64,000 nucleotides of DNA from an uncultured virus (IMG/VR IMGVR_UViG_3300013342_000002) (taxonomy: Duplodnaviria > Heunggongvirae > Uroviricota > Caudoviricetes), in IMG/VR virus record IMGVR_UViG_3300013342_000002; one strand, given 5' to 3'. The notes beneath the pieces are model-generated. The model was not told the DNA's origin and did not search any database. It saw only the letters and a list, made by a program, of their open reading frames with translations. This document shows positions 28,351 to 38,377 of the stretch, one piece after another. How positions within the stretch are numbered: position 1 is the stretch's first letter; the number at the start of each line of letters is the position of its first letter. The position numbers and the translations under genes are program-made.

Positions 28351-28960
28351 ACGCCTGCGCACTGTCCGCCTGTACGGCCGCCTCGGCGCCCGCTTCGGCC
28401 GTGAGTTCCAGCTGGCGGTGAACAGCCCAGCCGAGGCCATTTTCGCGCTCGGGATCCTGCTGCCTGGCTTCCGGCAGTTCCTGACCGGCTGCAGGGACCA
28501 GGGCATCGAGTTCGCGGTGTTCATCGGCCGCGAAAACCTGAGCAAGGCGCAGCTCCACGATCCGCCGGGCGCGGACGATATCCGCATTGCACCGGTGCTG
28601 GTCGGGTCCAAGCGTGGCGGCGCCCTGCAGACCATCGTCGGTGTGGCCCTGATCGTGGTGGCCACCATCTACGGTGGTCCGGGCGCCGGCGCCGCAGCGG
28701 CCAAGTTCTGGGGCGCAGTCGGCGCGGCCGGCTGGAGCCTGGCCATCGGCGGCGTGGCGCAGATGCTGTCGCCCCAGCCGCATGGCCTGGGGACGAAGGA
28801 GAGCGCCGAGAACACGCCGAACTACAGCATGAACGGGCCAGTGAACGTGCAGGCCCAAGGCAACCCGGTGCCCGTCGCCTACGGCGGCCACGATACAAAG
28901 GGGATGGTCGTCGGATCCGTGGTGATCAGCGGCGGCATCTACGCGGAGGACCAGCAGTGA
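28343..28960 (+). CDS. tail assembly protein I
   Basis: VRLYGRLGARFGR..QGNPVPVAYG. Confidence 0.92.
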   Translation: MTERLRTVRLYGRLGARFGREFQLAVNSPAEAIFALGILLPGFRQFLTGCRDQGIEFAVFIGRENLSKAQLHDPPGADDIRIAPVLVGSKRGGALQTIVGVALIVVATIYGGPGAGAAAAKFWGAVGAAGWSLAIGGVAQMLSPQPHGLGTKESAENTPNYSMNGPVNVQAQGNPVPVAYGGHDTKGMVVGSVVISGGIYAEDQQ

Positions 28961-31900
28961 ATCGAGCCATCAACTATCAGCACGGGCCGCTGGCCAAGGC
29001 GTGCACGGACGTGATCGGCGCCGGCGGCAAGAGCAGCACCAACGCCCGCACGCCTGTGGAGACGCCGGATAGCCTGCACTCGATCTCCTACGCCAAGGTC
29101 CTGGACCTGACCAGCGAGGGTGAGATCCGCGGCCTGGTGGCCGGTAACCAGTCCATCTACCTCAACGAGGTGCCGATCCAGAACAGCGACGGCACCTTCA
29201 ACTTCAACGGCGTTCGGGTTGAGACCCGCTCGGGCACGCAGGACCAGGAGTACATCGCCGGCTTCCCGTCCGTCGAGAACGAGATCGGGGTCGGCGTGGA
29301 GCTGCGCGACACGCCGGTGGTGCGCACGGCTTCCGGTCAGGATCTGTCGGCGGTGCGGATCCGGTTCGGTGTGCCTGCCCTGCAGCGACAGAACACCGAG
29401 AACGGCGATACCGAGGGCTACGCCGTCGAGTACGCCATCGACCTTTCCACCGACGGTGGCGCGTTCAGCACGGTGCTGACCAACGCCTTTCGCGGCAAGA
29501 CCACCACCGAGTATCAGCGCAGCCATCGCATCGACCTGCCGCCAGGCAATCAGTGGCAGGTGCGGATCCGCCGCCTCACGCCGAACGCGAACAGCTCGAC
29601 CGTCGCCGACACCGTGAACGTGATCTCGATGACCGAGATCATCGACGTCAAGCTGCGCTATCCCAACTGCGCGATCGCTGCGATCCAGATCGATGGCAGC
29701 CAGTTCCAGGGTAAGCCGACCACGGCATACCGCATCTGGGGCCGGATCATCCGCGTGCCCAGCAACTACGACCCGATCGCGCGCACCTATACCGGCGTGT
29801 GGGATGGCACCTTCAAGTCCGCCTGGACGAACAACCCGGCGTGGGTGTTCTTCGACATGGTCACCAACGACCGTTTCGGCCTGGGCGATCGCATCCCGCT
29901 GGACTGGGTGAACAGGTATCGCCTGTACGAGATCGCGCAGTACTGCGATCAGCTCGTCAGCGACGGCATGGGCGGCATGGAGCCGCGCTTCACCTGCAGC
30001 CTGTACCTGCAGACCCGGGAGTCGGCCCACAAGGTGCTGCAGGACATGGCCAGCATGTTCCGCGGCATCAGCTTCTACGCGGCAGCGCAGATCATGGCCT
30101 CGGCGGACATGCCGAAGGACCCGGTCTACACCTACAGCCAGGCCAACGTGGTCGACGGGAAGTTCACCTACACCGGCAGCGGCAGCAAAGCGCGGCACAC
30201 GGTAGCTCTCGTTTCGTGGTCTGATCCCGACGACTTCGGCCGGCAGAAGGTCGAGCCGGTCCAGCTGCAGGAGGGCATCGCGCGCTACGGCGTGAATCAG
30301 ATCGAGGTGACGGCATTCGGCTGCCACTCGAAATCGCAGGCCCAGCGCGTGGGGCTGCACATCCTTTACAGCGAAAACCTGGAGACCGAGACGGTCAGTT
30401 TCGCAGTCGGCCTGGACGCTCTGAACTGCATGCCGGGTGATGTGATCCAGGTCGCCGATGCCAAGCGCGCGGGGCGGCGCAACTCCGGCCGCATCAGCGC
30501 GGCATCGGCGAGCAGCCTCACTCTGGATGTGGTGCCGCCGTCCATGCAGGTTGGGGACCTCCTGCGCGCGACGCTGCCGAACGGGAAGACCGAAGCCCGC
30601 ACCATCAGCGGGGTCAACCCGGGAACGCGCGTGGTGACCGTCTCGGCGCCCTGGAGCCGGGTGCCTGTGGTGCAGTCGATCTGGGCGACGGAATCGAGCG
30701 ACCTGGTGATGCAGCAGTTCCGAGTGATCAGCATCACTGAGGACGACGGGTTGACCTACCGCATCACCGCGCTGCAGCACCGCCCGGACAAGTTCGCGGC
30801 CATCGACGACGGCACCAGGCTGGAGCCTCCACCGATCAGCATCGTGCCGCCCAGCGTGCAGCCGCCTCCGACCAACGTGCGCATGTCCTCGCATGTGGTG
30901 ATCGACCAGGGCATTGCCACGCCGGTGCTGACCATCGAGTGGGACGCCGCCGACAAGGCGATTGCCTACGACGTGGAGTGGCGCAGGGACGACCTCAACT
31001 GGGTGCGTGTCGGGCGCGTCGGCACAGCCAGCGCGGAGGTGCGCGGGATCTACGCGGGCAAGTACCTGGCCAGGGTGCGTGCAGTGAACGCGCTCAATGC
31101 CGTGTCGCAGCCAGCCCTCAGCGTCCTGACCGACATTCAGGGCAAAACTGAGCCGCCGCCGGCGCTGACCTCGCTGACGGCAACGCCGGTGGTGTATGGC
31201 ATCCAGCTGGCCTGGGCGTTTCCTCCCGGAGCGACCGATACCGAGCGCACCGAGATCTGGCGCAGTGCAGGCCCGAACCTGGAGAGCGCGACGAAGATGG
31301 GCGACTTCGCCTATCCGCAGAACCGATTCCGGCTCGATGGCCTGGCCGCAGGCGCCAGGTTCTATTTCTGGGGCCGGTTGGTGGACCGAAGCGGAAACAT
31401 TGGGCCGTGGTATCCGGTCGGTGCTGGTGTAATGGGAGAGTCCAGCACGAACCAATCTGACTACGACGCGTACTTTTCAGGAAAGATCAGCGAAAGCGCG
31501 CTGGGGCAGGATCTGCGCTCCAAGATTGGAAGCATCGACCAGATCGTGCCGCTGATCTGGGATCCGGGCGGAACGTACGAGCCTGGCCAGAACGTAGTGC
31601 ACAACGGGAAGATCTGGAGCTGGCAGGGGGCAGCGCCTGGCAACGAGGAGCCGCCAGGCACGAACTGGCAAGACGTGGGTGATGCGGTCGCTCAGGCTGG
31701 CGCAGTCGCCGGACGAGTGAACACCCTGGAGCTACAGGTCAATGACCCTGAGACCGGGCTACAGGCGGTAGGGCAGAAGACAGATGGCTTGTTCGCGCAG
31801 CTGAACGTCCACGCTGCTGGCGACAGCGATTGGGGTGCGGGCGATGAGACGGTGTTTGCGGGCACGCTGACGATTCAGAGCGTGATCGCAGAAGGCGACT

Positions 31901-32469
31901 ATGCTCTGGCCAGGCGAACCGACACCGTTGAGGCCAAGGTCGGGGATACGCAGGCGATGGTTCAGCAGACCTCGCAGGCGCTGGTCGACATGGATGGGAA
32001 GATCAGCGCTTCGTGGACGCTGAAGCTGCAGATCGCGGCCAACGGGCAGTACTACGCCGCCGGCATGGGTATCGGCATCGAGAACCAGCCCGATGGCAGC
32101 TACCAGAGCCAGGTGCTGTTCACGGCCGACCGGTTCGCTTTGATCAATATGGTGAATGGGCAGGTCACTGCTCCGTTCGTGATTCAGGGCGGCCAGACGT
32201 TCATCAGCCAAGCCCTGATCGGCACCGCGTGGATCACCAGCGCCAATATCGCCGATGCGGCGATCACCAACGCAAAGATCAGCGGCACCATCCAGTCCGA
32301 CGATTACGTGTCAGGGCAAACCGGCTGGCGGATCAACAAGGCGGCGGGCGGGGGCTTCGAGTTCAACGGCACTGTCGCCGGCGGGTATCGGCTGAACATC
32401 ACCAACCAGGGCATCTACATCCGCTACCCGAACGGCAATCTCGCCGTAGAGCTTGGAGTGCTGCAGTAA
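28957..32469 (+). CDS. host specificity / central tail fibre J
   Basis: SEGEIRGL, WTNNPAW, FN3-like region, AAGMGIG, ADRFA. Confidence 0.95.
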   Translation: MNRAINYQHGPLAKACTDVIGAGGKSSTNARTPVETPDSLHSISYAKVLDLTSEGEIRGLVAGNQSIYLNEVPIQNSDGTFNFNGVRVETRSGTQDQEYIAGFPSVENEIGVGVELRDTPVVRTASGQDLSAVRIRFGVPALQRQNTENGDTEGYAVEYAIDLSTDGGAFSTVLTNAFRGKTTTEYQRSHRIDLPPGNQWQVRIRRLTPNANSSTVADTVNVISMTEIIDVKLRYPNCAIAAIQIDGSQFQGKPTTAYRIWGRIIRVPSNYDPIARTYTGVWDGTFKSAWTNNPAWVFFDMVTNDRFGLGDRIPLDWVNRYRLYEIAQYCDQLVSDGMGGMEPRFTCSLYLQTRESAHKVLQDMASMFRGISFYAAAQIMASADMPKDPVYTYSQANVVDGKFTYTGSGSKARHTVALVSWSDPDDFGRQKVEPVQLQEGIARYGVNQIEVTAFGCHSKSQAQRVGLHILYSENLETETVSFAVGLDALNCMPGDVIQVADAKRAGRRNSGRISAASASSLTLDVVPPSMQVGDLLRATLPNGKTEARTISGVNPGTRVVTVSAPWSRVPVVQSIWATESSDLVMQQFRVISITEDDGLTYRITALQHRPDKFAAIDDGTRLEPPPISIVPPSVQPPPTNVRMSSHVVIDQGIATPVLTIEWDAADKAIAYDVEWRRDDLNWVRVGRVGTASAEVRGIYAGKYLARVRAVNALNAVSQPALSVLTDIQGKTEPPPALTSLTATPVVYGIQLAWAFPPGATDTERTEIWRSAGPNLESATKMGDFAYPQNRFRLDGLAAGARFYFWGRLVDRSGNIGPWYPVGAGVMGESSTNQSDYDAYFSGKISESALGQDLRSKIGSIDQIVPLIWDPGGTYEPGQNVVHNGKIWSWQGAAPGNEEPPGTNWQDVGDAVAQAGAVAGRVNTLELQVNDPETGLQAVGQKTDGLFAQLNVHAAGDSDWGAGDETVFAGTLTIQSVIAEGDYALARRTDTVEAKVGDTQAMVQQTSQALVDMDGKISASWTLKLQIAANGQYYAAGMGIGIENQPDGSYQSQVLFTADRFALINMVNGQVTAPFVIQGGQTFISQALIGTAWITSANIADAAITNAKISGTIQSDDYVSGQTGWRINKAAGGGFEFNGTVAGGYRLNITNQGIYIRYPNGNLAVELGVLQ

Positions 32470-32858
32470 TGTCCGACGTGGGTCTGCGGGTAAGGAGCGA
32501 GAGCGGCTACGTGGAGACCACGGTCACCACGCGGCTAACCAAGATCATCGGGTCGTACACGTTCCCGCTCTACAACCCGGTCAATTCCAACAACAAGTGG
32601 ATCGCGCCGCCCGAGGCGAATGGTGGGCTTGTCGTCAACGACTTTCTTGGCGGCGAGCCCTACTACTACTTCACCTGCGAAGGGCAGCGATCGGCGTATG
32701 GAATGCTAGTCCCTTCGGTGACCATCTCGGGGAACAGCATCAACTGGAACTGGGACCCTGACGTGGTGAACTACCACGTCAGGATGGAGATGTTCCCGAG
32801 CCAGCCGACGACGAACACGGTCGGTGGGATCACGCTTCACTATGGGGTATTCAGCTGA
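32469..32858 (+). CDS. tail-tip accessory protein
   Basis: TAATG-coupled to J; GLRVR N-terminus. Confidence 0.65.
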   Translation: MSDVGLRVRSESGYVETTVTTRLTKIIGSYTFPLYNPVNSNNKWIAPPEANGGLVVNDFLGGEPYYYFTCEGQRSAYGMLVPSVTISGNSINWNWDPDVVNYHVRMEMFPSQPTTNTVGGITLHYGVFS

Positions 32859-33601
32859 TGGCCGTCGGGCTACGCATACGAAACCAGGGCACCGGGCAGA
32901 TCCAGATCGGTCTCGGCTATCGCAACCTGCAACTGGCGAAGTCGGGAACGTTGGATACAGGAAGCTTCTCAGGCGGCGCGACGGCTGGCTCACCGCCTTT
33001 CGCAAGCTGGTCTCCGCGGGGGTTGCTGGCGTCAACTGCCGGAACAACGAACCTTCATGTAATCAGGTACATCAATGACAGCGTCGCGTACATCACGGGG
33101 TTCTCTATCGTCCAGTCTGGTGTGACCTGCTCAGTGTTTGCATCGAACAACGCTCCGAACAAGACGTTGGAGTACTACACGTTCGATGCCTCCGAGCGCG
33201 CAGCTACAGGACCGGTCGGGTTGCGAATGCGCGGGGAGGACGGATCAGTTTTCTATGACTCGAGGCGGAAGGGGGTGCGCGTGCTGCAGGTTGTGCCGCT
33301 CCCGCCGCCGCCGGTCAATACCCCGTACGTTGAGGTTGGCCAGTTCTTCCCCGGCACCAGAATTGGCATTGCTATTCCATCGCCTCGGTTCTACTACTCA
33401 TCGGTGTCCCAGGATCGCTGTACGGCCTACGCCGACGCTTTCCACATGACGAGTGACAATAGAATCTTCATGTCCAGGCTCGAGACGTTCTCGCAGATTC
33501 TCATCACCAACACGTTCCCGGTGGGCGGCGTGACGATGGGGCCTCAGAACGCCACGATCTTCATCGTGGACCTGAGCGAGGTGCCGCTGGGGTTCGGGTA
33601 A
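32858..33601 (+). CDS. tail-tip accessory protein
   Basis: GLRIRN..GLRMR...FYDSR internal repeat typical of post-J genes. Confidence 0.65.
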   Translation: MAVGLRIRNQGTGQIQIGLGYRNLQLAKSGTLDTGSFSGGATAGSPPFASWSPRGLLASTAGTTNLHVIRYINDSVAYITGFSIVQSGVTCSVFASNNAPNKTLEYYTFDASERAATGPVGLRMRGEDGSVFYDSRRKGVRVLQVVPLPPPPVNTPYVEVGQFFPGTRIGIAIPSPRFYYSSVSQDRCTAYADAFHMTSDNRIFMSRLETFSQILITNTFPVGGVTMGPQNATIFIVDLSEVPLGFG

Positions 33602-33650
33602 TCGCGGGCCGTCACGCCGCCGCAACGCTGGCTCGGGCGAGATGGCAGCC

Positions 33651-33740
33651 ATGTGCTATTCCGCCCAGATCACCGTCGCATATCAGAAGCTGGTCAGGAT
33701 GACCGGCGCCACCCTGGCGCTGCGGGAGTTCGCCGTCCTC
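33651..33740 (+). pseudogene. 5' fragment of SOS-response-associated peptidase (SRAP)
   Basis: MCYSAQI..YQKLVRMTGA.L...EFA start; similarity lost after ~30 codons. Confidence 0.6.
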
Positions 33741-33871
33741 GCACTACCCCTGTCCCGAGAGCGTGGTTCGAAGGACGTGGCCGCTATACGGTTGAATACG
33801 GGTAGATGGGTCGAGAGAGGCGCCTGCGAGCATAGTGACCGTCAGGCGCCTAAGTGTAGGCAAGAGGAAAG

Positions 33872-34120
33872 CTACCTCTTGTTCTGCCGGCTCTTCGTCA
33901 CTTGGTTGAGTATGCCTCGCCAAGCGAAGGGCGCGGAGCAGATTGCAATTACACCTGAAACGAGTATCCCGTCATACATCCAGGGAGTCAGCCTGGGAGT
34001 CCCGTTCGAAGGTGCCCACAAGTGTGGGAGGATGAAACCCAAAAGTACAACGATCAGAAGGGACACGGCGAAAACAACTGCACTGCCTAGCCCAGGAGTG
34101 AATTTCATTGTCATAGTCAT
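33872..34120 (-). CDS. small 2-TM protein
   Basis: Two hydrophobic segments, basic tail, ATGA overlap with upstream gene. Confidence 0.65.
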   Translation of the reverse strand: MTMTMKFTPGLGSAVVFAVSLLIVVLLGFILPHLWAPSNGTPRLTPWMYDGILVSGVIAICSAPFAWRGILNQVTKSRQNKR

Positions 34121-34974
34121 AGCCATCCGCATGAAACAGTAACCTTGCCGCCGATGATTGAGCTAGAGCAAATCATGATCTTCGGATCGGTTGGCGAACT
34201 GCCGCCGCTACCTCCGCTCACCGAAATACCAAGATTGTTTAGCTGGTTGATCAGGGATGCGATGTCAGCCGGATCCGCTCCCCCTGGGAACTCAAACTTG
34301 GTCGTTACGCCTCCCCTGTTCTCCGAGAGTTGCTCAACGCTCACTGGGACCAAGTTCCCGAAGCGATCTTTGTAGGAGACCGCAATTGGTACATATTTTT
34401 GTGTTGCGGCATTCCAATTGTACTGAGACTCTCCTCCGTCCGCGTATTTGATGATGAAGGGGGCCCAGACGGAGAACCCAAGTGCTGCGGCGCCATTTGC
34501 AGCATATGTATATATTTCGAAGCGCGCCTTCAGGTATTCGTCAACCTTATCTCGCTTTTGAGGGTTTTGGATGTCGTCATAAGGCGTGGTCGGATAGCCG
34601 GGCTCTGTAACCCAAAGAGGGCCGGCTGCCATGGATACTCTTCGGTATGCCAGAAAATCTATGGCGGCCTGCTCAACGGCGAGGCTGTCAACGATTGAGA
34701 AAGGCTCGCACTCTACGGACCCAGGCGGCATCTTGTCACAGATGGGTCCGCCTTCCCGGTCTCGCATGACGCGATACTTGCGCGCGATGTTGTTGGACGG
34801 ATTCAATACATACAGGATGTTGTCGGAAGGCATGCGTAAGCCTAGCGAGTAGTCCCAGGCGACGCCGTCCATCTGCTGGACGGAACAGCCGTCGCACTCA
34901 AGCGAGGTTGTGTCTGCGTAGGCGATACTAATTGGGGCGACGGCGAGAGTTAGAGCGACAGCAAGAGTCCTCAT
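34117..34974 (-). CDS. secreted hypothetical protein
   Basis: Sec signal MRTLAVALTLAVAPISIAYA; AGGAG RBS; six Cys in mature part. Confidence 0.8.
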   Translation of the reverse strand: MRTLAVALTLAVAPISIAYADTTSLECDGCSVQQMDGVAWDYSLGLRMPSDNILYVLNPSNNIARKYRVMRDREGGPICDKMPPGSVECEPFSIVDSLAVEQAAIDFLAYRRVSMAAGPLWVTEPGYPTTPYDDIQNPQKRDKVDEYLKARFEIYTYAANGAAALGFSVWAPFIIKYADGGESQYNWNAATQKYVPIAVSYKDRFGNLVPVSVEQLSENRGGVTTKFEFPGGADPADIASLINQLNNLGISVSGGSGGSSPTDPKIMICSSSIIGGKVTVSCGWL

Positions 34975-35520
34975 GGTGAAAGCTCCTTGTGGCGATGCAC
35001 TAGCTATCGATTGATCGTGGTTCGCGGTTGAAGCGCACATGTAGAAGTGCACAGGGTAATTATCAACTTGAATTCTCGTCGTCAATAAACGCTTTGATGC
35101 TATTGGAAACGTTTCGACACATGGTGGCCTGGTCGAGGCATCGACGCTCGTTAATTTCAGGCTCGTTGACTTGGCTGCGCCTGCAGGACCTTCGACAACA
35201 AGCGGCACCCGTCCTACAAGCACCGGCTGGCGGCGTAGGGAATCCCCGATGCTGCGGCACGCCGTTGCCCGATGGCGCATGGCCGGCGCAAAGGGCAAGT
35301 TGGGTCTGCCGGACCCGGGGCCGATGGCCGCTCAACCCAGGGGCGCGTGAGGAGCGCCGCGCCGGCATAGAGTCGAACCAGGCTCTACCCTGCAATTCGG
35401 GCAAATTGACGATTTCGTCAAATCGCCGGTGCAGCGCTTAACAACTCCGTCCCCGAACGGTTCAGCCAGGTCGCCGGCGTGTTCGCAGGATCTGCGACCG
35501 CCGGCCGTATGCTCTGGCGC

Positions 35521-36039
35521 ATGCTTCCCTCGCACGGCTACCAAGGCTTCCGCACCGCCCCGATCCCCGTTGGCTGGGTCCAGACCGGTGAACGCTGGGC
35601 GCTCTGGTACAACGGCCGCGAGACGGCTAGCGTCACGCCCGATGGCGGGCCTGGCGTCCGGCTATGGATGGAAGGCAAGAAGATGTGGCAGGTGAAGGAA
35701 GTCCGCGCCGCCAACGTCCGGCAGGCGAAGCGCTACGCCGAGCGCTGGTGCGCGGCCAGGCTGTATCCCGATCTGCCCCTTCGTGAGGCCGTCGCGCGGC
35801 TGACCGACAGCACGCCGATCCAGCCACCGCCGCCGCTGCCCGGCCTGTCACCGACCCGTGAGCAGCAGCAACAGGCTCGTCGCTTGGCGGAGGCTGGAGC
35901 GAAGGAGATCGAGCGGATCAAGGAAGCACTGGAACCGCGCCGACCGCCGAAGGAGACCAAGCCCCGCCCGAAGGACGCGCGCAAGGCGTGGGTGAGGGCA
36001 GGGCGTGCCCATCCAGCTGCAGCCACTCTTAGAACTTGA
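35521..36039 (+). CDS. hypothetical protein
   Basis: Coding-like ORF (AKRYAERWCAARL); TATGCT 7 nt before ATG. Confidence 0.7.
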   Translation: MLPSHGYQGFRTAPIPVGWVQTGERWALWYNGRETASVTPDGGPGVRLWMEGKKMWQVKEVRAANVRQAKRYAERWCAARLYPDLPLREAVARLTDSTPIQPPPPLPGLSPTREQQQQARRLAEAGAKEIERIKEALEPRRPPKETKPRPKDARKAWVRAGRAHPAAATLRT

Positions 36040-37027
36040 GACTTCGCACAGCTTCAAAATCGCTTTCGTTGCTGAGATGAGCGTAGTACTGCTCGGTTGT
36101 CGCGTAGTTTGCATGCCCGGCCAGTAGTTGGACCCTCCGTAATGACACGCCCGCCATGACCATGTGGGCGCAGAAAGTGTGGCGTAGCCGGTGGAGGCTC
36201 CCACCGATTCCCGCGCGCTTGGCGTCAGAGGCGAACCAGCTGGACACCGTGTCCTTATGCACGGCAACCAGCGGATCGGGTAGGTGGCGTAGCGCCCAGC
36301 GCGCATACCGATTCAGCGGCACCTCGCGCCACTTGCCCGACTTGGTACGTCCCTGACCCTCTTCGTCTGGCGCGCTCTCTATCCTGAGCCTGCGCCCGGC
36401 CACCGAATCCTTGCCCAGCCCAACCAGCTCGCCGCGGCGCAGCCCTGTGTGCGCCATAAACAGCCACAGGGGCGCCCGGCCGGGGTTCGCACGGTACAGC
36501 TTGCGCATTGCGGTCCGGTCGTAGAACCGCACCGCTACGCTGCGGACGCCGCGCGGCGCCTGGGTTTCCTCCAGCGGGTTGAAGTCCAATTCCTTCCACT
36601 TCACGCCCCGCCGGAACGCGGCCTGCAGCCTGCGCACTTCCTTGCCCACGGTCTCCGGTGCCACCTTGTCCTTGGTCAGGCGGTCTGCCTTGTAGGACTC
36701 CATTTCCATCGGGCGAAGGGTATTGATAGGACGATGCCCGAAGAGGTCAATGAACAGCCGGACCTCGCTCTTGGCCTTGCTGTGCGTGGTAGGGTGCTCG
36801 GCCTTGTACCAGTCCAGATACCACTCTAGGTAGTCGCAGACTTTGGGCTGGCGCGCCAAGATTCGGACCCCATAGGTGAGCTCTGCTTCCTTCGCGGACC
36901 GAATTCTCTCCGCCTCACGGGCATCGCACGGTCCAATGGACCTACGAAAGCGCCCGTTCCTCTCAGTCCAATCGATGTAGGCTCGTGTTCCTCGCCAGTA
37001 CAGTCGCACTGTCGCCATTTCGGTCAC
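36029..37027 (-). CDS. int: tyrosine recombinase/integrase 1
   Basis: TGLRRGEL, TKSGK, HRLRHT, GHAN, Y. Confidence 0.93.
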   Translation of the reverse strand: MTEMATVRLYWRGTRAYIDWTERNGRFRRSIGPCDAREAERIRSAKEAELTYGVRILARQPKVCDYLEWYLDWYKAEHPTTHSKAKSEVRLFIDLFGHRPINTLRPMEMESYKADRLTKDKVAPETVGKEVRRLQAAFRRGVKWKELDFNPLEETQAPRGVRSVAVRFYDRTAMRKLYRANPGRAPLWLFMAHTGLRRGELVGLGKDSVAGRRLRIESAPDEEGQGRTKSGKWREVPLNRYARWALRHLPDPLVAVHKDTVSSWFASDAKRAGIGGSLHRLRHTFCAHMVMAGVSLRRVQLLAGHANYATTEQYYAHLSNESDFEAVRSLKF

Positions 37028-37075
37028 CCTGAGTAAGGTATGCCTTGGGTTCCCCGGTCACCCTAGGTGAGAGCG

Positions 37076-38050
37076 TCACCCGAGTTGGCGGGCGATCTCA
37101 GAAGCAGGCTCGTGGTAGTAGATCATCAAAGACTTGAGGTCCCGATGTCCGATGATTCGGGCCAACTGGAGGATGTCCAGCTTTTTCGAGAGCCTCCAGA
37201 TGGCCTCAGCTCGGCTGTCGTGGAAGTGCACTTCGCGATGGCCCGTCGAGTCTCGGACCTTTCGCCAAAGTGCATCACGCACGGCAGACTTGAGCTGGAA
37301 GACTGGCCCGAAGCCAAGGGGAAGTGTTTTCAGGATCTCGCAGGCCCGCCGGCTAAGCGGTACATCCCTCGCGTCGCCGTTCTTGGTTTTGGGTAAGTGG
37401 ACGTACTGCTCGGATAGATGCACGTTCGGCCAAGTCAGCGACAGGATCTCTCCAGACCGCATGGCTGTCTCTAGGGCGAGCAGGAAAGCCAAGCCCGTCC
37501 GCTGGGTGGCCGTCTCCGCCAACAGACCCTTGTCGAGCCCGAACGCAGCAATCAGGTCGGCTTCCTCAGCTGGAGATACGCGTCGTGCCCGGCCTTTAGG
37601 CTGCTGCGGCCAGCGAACGTCCGACATGGGGTTTTGCTTGATCCACTTCCATTCCCTGCGCGCAGTCTCGAATACGGACCGCATCAGGTTCATTTCGCGA
37701 GCAACCGTCCCAGGCTTGACCTGCCTAAGCCTTCCATCTCGCCAAGCGATGATGTCCGAACTGCTGACTGTCGCAATTCGCCTGTCCAAGAGAGGTAGGG
37801 ATCGTTCCCACGCGGCGATGCGCACCGACTCCCACCGTTCGCCAGCTCGCTTGGGCGCCTCTTCCTTGACGTAGCGGCGCATGGCTTCACGCAGCGACTT
37901 ATCTGGCAGCTTCCCACCTCGAAGTTCTGCCTCCCGCTCAAGAGCCCACTTCGCAGCTTCCTGCTTTGTGTGCTTGGTAGTGGAGTCGCGAACGCCGGCC
38001 ACGTACACCTGCACGCGCCACTTGTTCCCCGATCGTTGGATGCTGGCCAT
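37076..38050 (-). CDS. int: tyrosine recombinase/integrase 2 (HP1/Rci-like)
   Basis: LALETAMRSGEIL, KTKNG, HDSR, GHRD..IYY. Confidence 0.93.
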   Translation of the reverse strand: MASIQRSGNKWRVQVYVAGVRDSTTKHTKQEAAKWALEREAELRGGKLPDKSLREAMRRYVKEEAPKRAGERWESVRIAAWERSLPLLDRRIATVSSSDIIAWRDGRLRQVKPGTVAREMNLMRSVFETARREWKWIKQNPMSDVRWPQQPKGRARRVSPAEEADLIAAFGLDKGLLAETATQRTGLAFLLALETAMRSGEILSLTWPNVHLSEQYVHLPKTKNGDARDVPLSRRACEILKTLPLGFGPVFQLKSAVRDALWRKVRDSTGHREVHFHDSRAEAIWRLSKKLDILQLARIIGHRDLKSLMIYYHEPASEIARQLG

Positions 38051-38202
38051 GGCCGCATCATATGGGGAATTTTTGGGGAGAGTAGCCGGGCAAGTCCGGG
38101 CAAATCGTGGTGATCGCGGAAATCCAGATCACCCTAAGTGACTGATTTCGTGCCGAATCGGGGTGAATCGTGGCGAACACGTAGGCTCCCCGAAACATGC
38201 GA

Positions 38203-38262
38203 TGGTGCCCGGAGCCGGAATCGAACCGGCATGGGGTTGCCCCCGGCGGATTTTAAGTCCGC
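38203..38262 (-). tRNA. 3' fragment of tRNA-Leu(UAA), att junction
   Basis: GCGGA-CTTAAAA-TCCGC anticodon arm, long variable arm, GGTTCGATTCC, CCA end; no D-arm or 5' acceptor strand. Confidence 0.9.
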
Positions 38263-38270
38263 GCAGAATT

Positions 38271-38377
38271 CCTTGTGCCACAAGGGTTTCGGTGTGATTT
38301 CCGCTCCGCAATGCATGCAATCCTGACGGCTTGAAAGCCTTGGCGCACAAGCGCCTCTATCCCATTGCGGAGCGGAA
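38271..38377. repeat. att-arm palindrome and 15-bp inverted repeat
   Basis: CCTTGTG-C-CACAAGG 38271-38285; TTCCGCTCCGCAATG 38299-38313 / CATTGCGGAGCGGAA 38363-38377. Confidence 0.7.

Larger units (their letters stand above)
1..38202. mobile_element. Prophage A, lambdoid siphovirus (left end outside window)
   Basis: Ordered immunity, replication, lysis, HK97-type head, lambda-type tail and integrase modules ending at a tRNA 3' fragment. Confidence 0.92.

Noticed and set aside
33642..34142. Full-length 166-aa protein
   Set aside because: Only about 30 codons resemble SRAP; the rest runs antisense over the 2-TM gene
34975..35298. N-terminal extension of the secreted protein as given in the ORF track
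   Set aside because: The AGGAG RBS and signal peptide place the start at 34974
25760..38050. Shufflon or invertible tail-fibre system driven by the Rci-like recombinase
   Set aside because: No repeated inverted sfx-like sites or alternative reversed C-terminal cassettes seen; the position next to the tRNA fits an integrase
38203..38290. Intact tRNA-Leu gene
   Set aside because: Sequence 5' of the anticodon stem cannot form a D-arm or acceptor strand; only a 3' fragment is present
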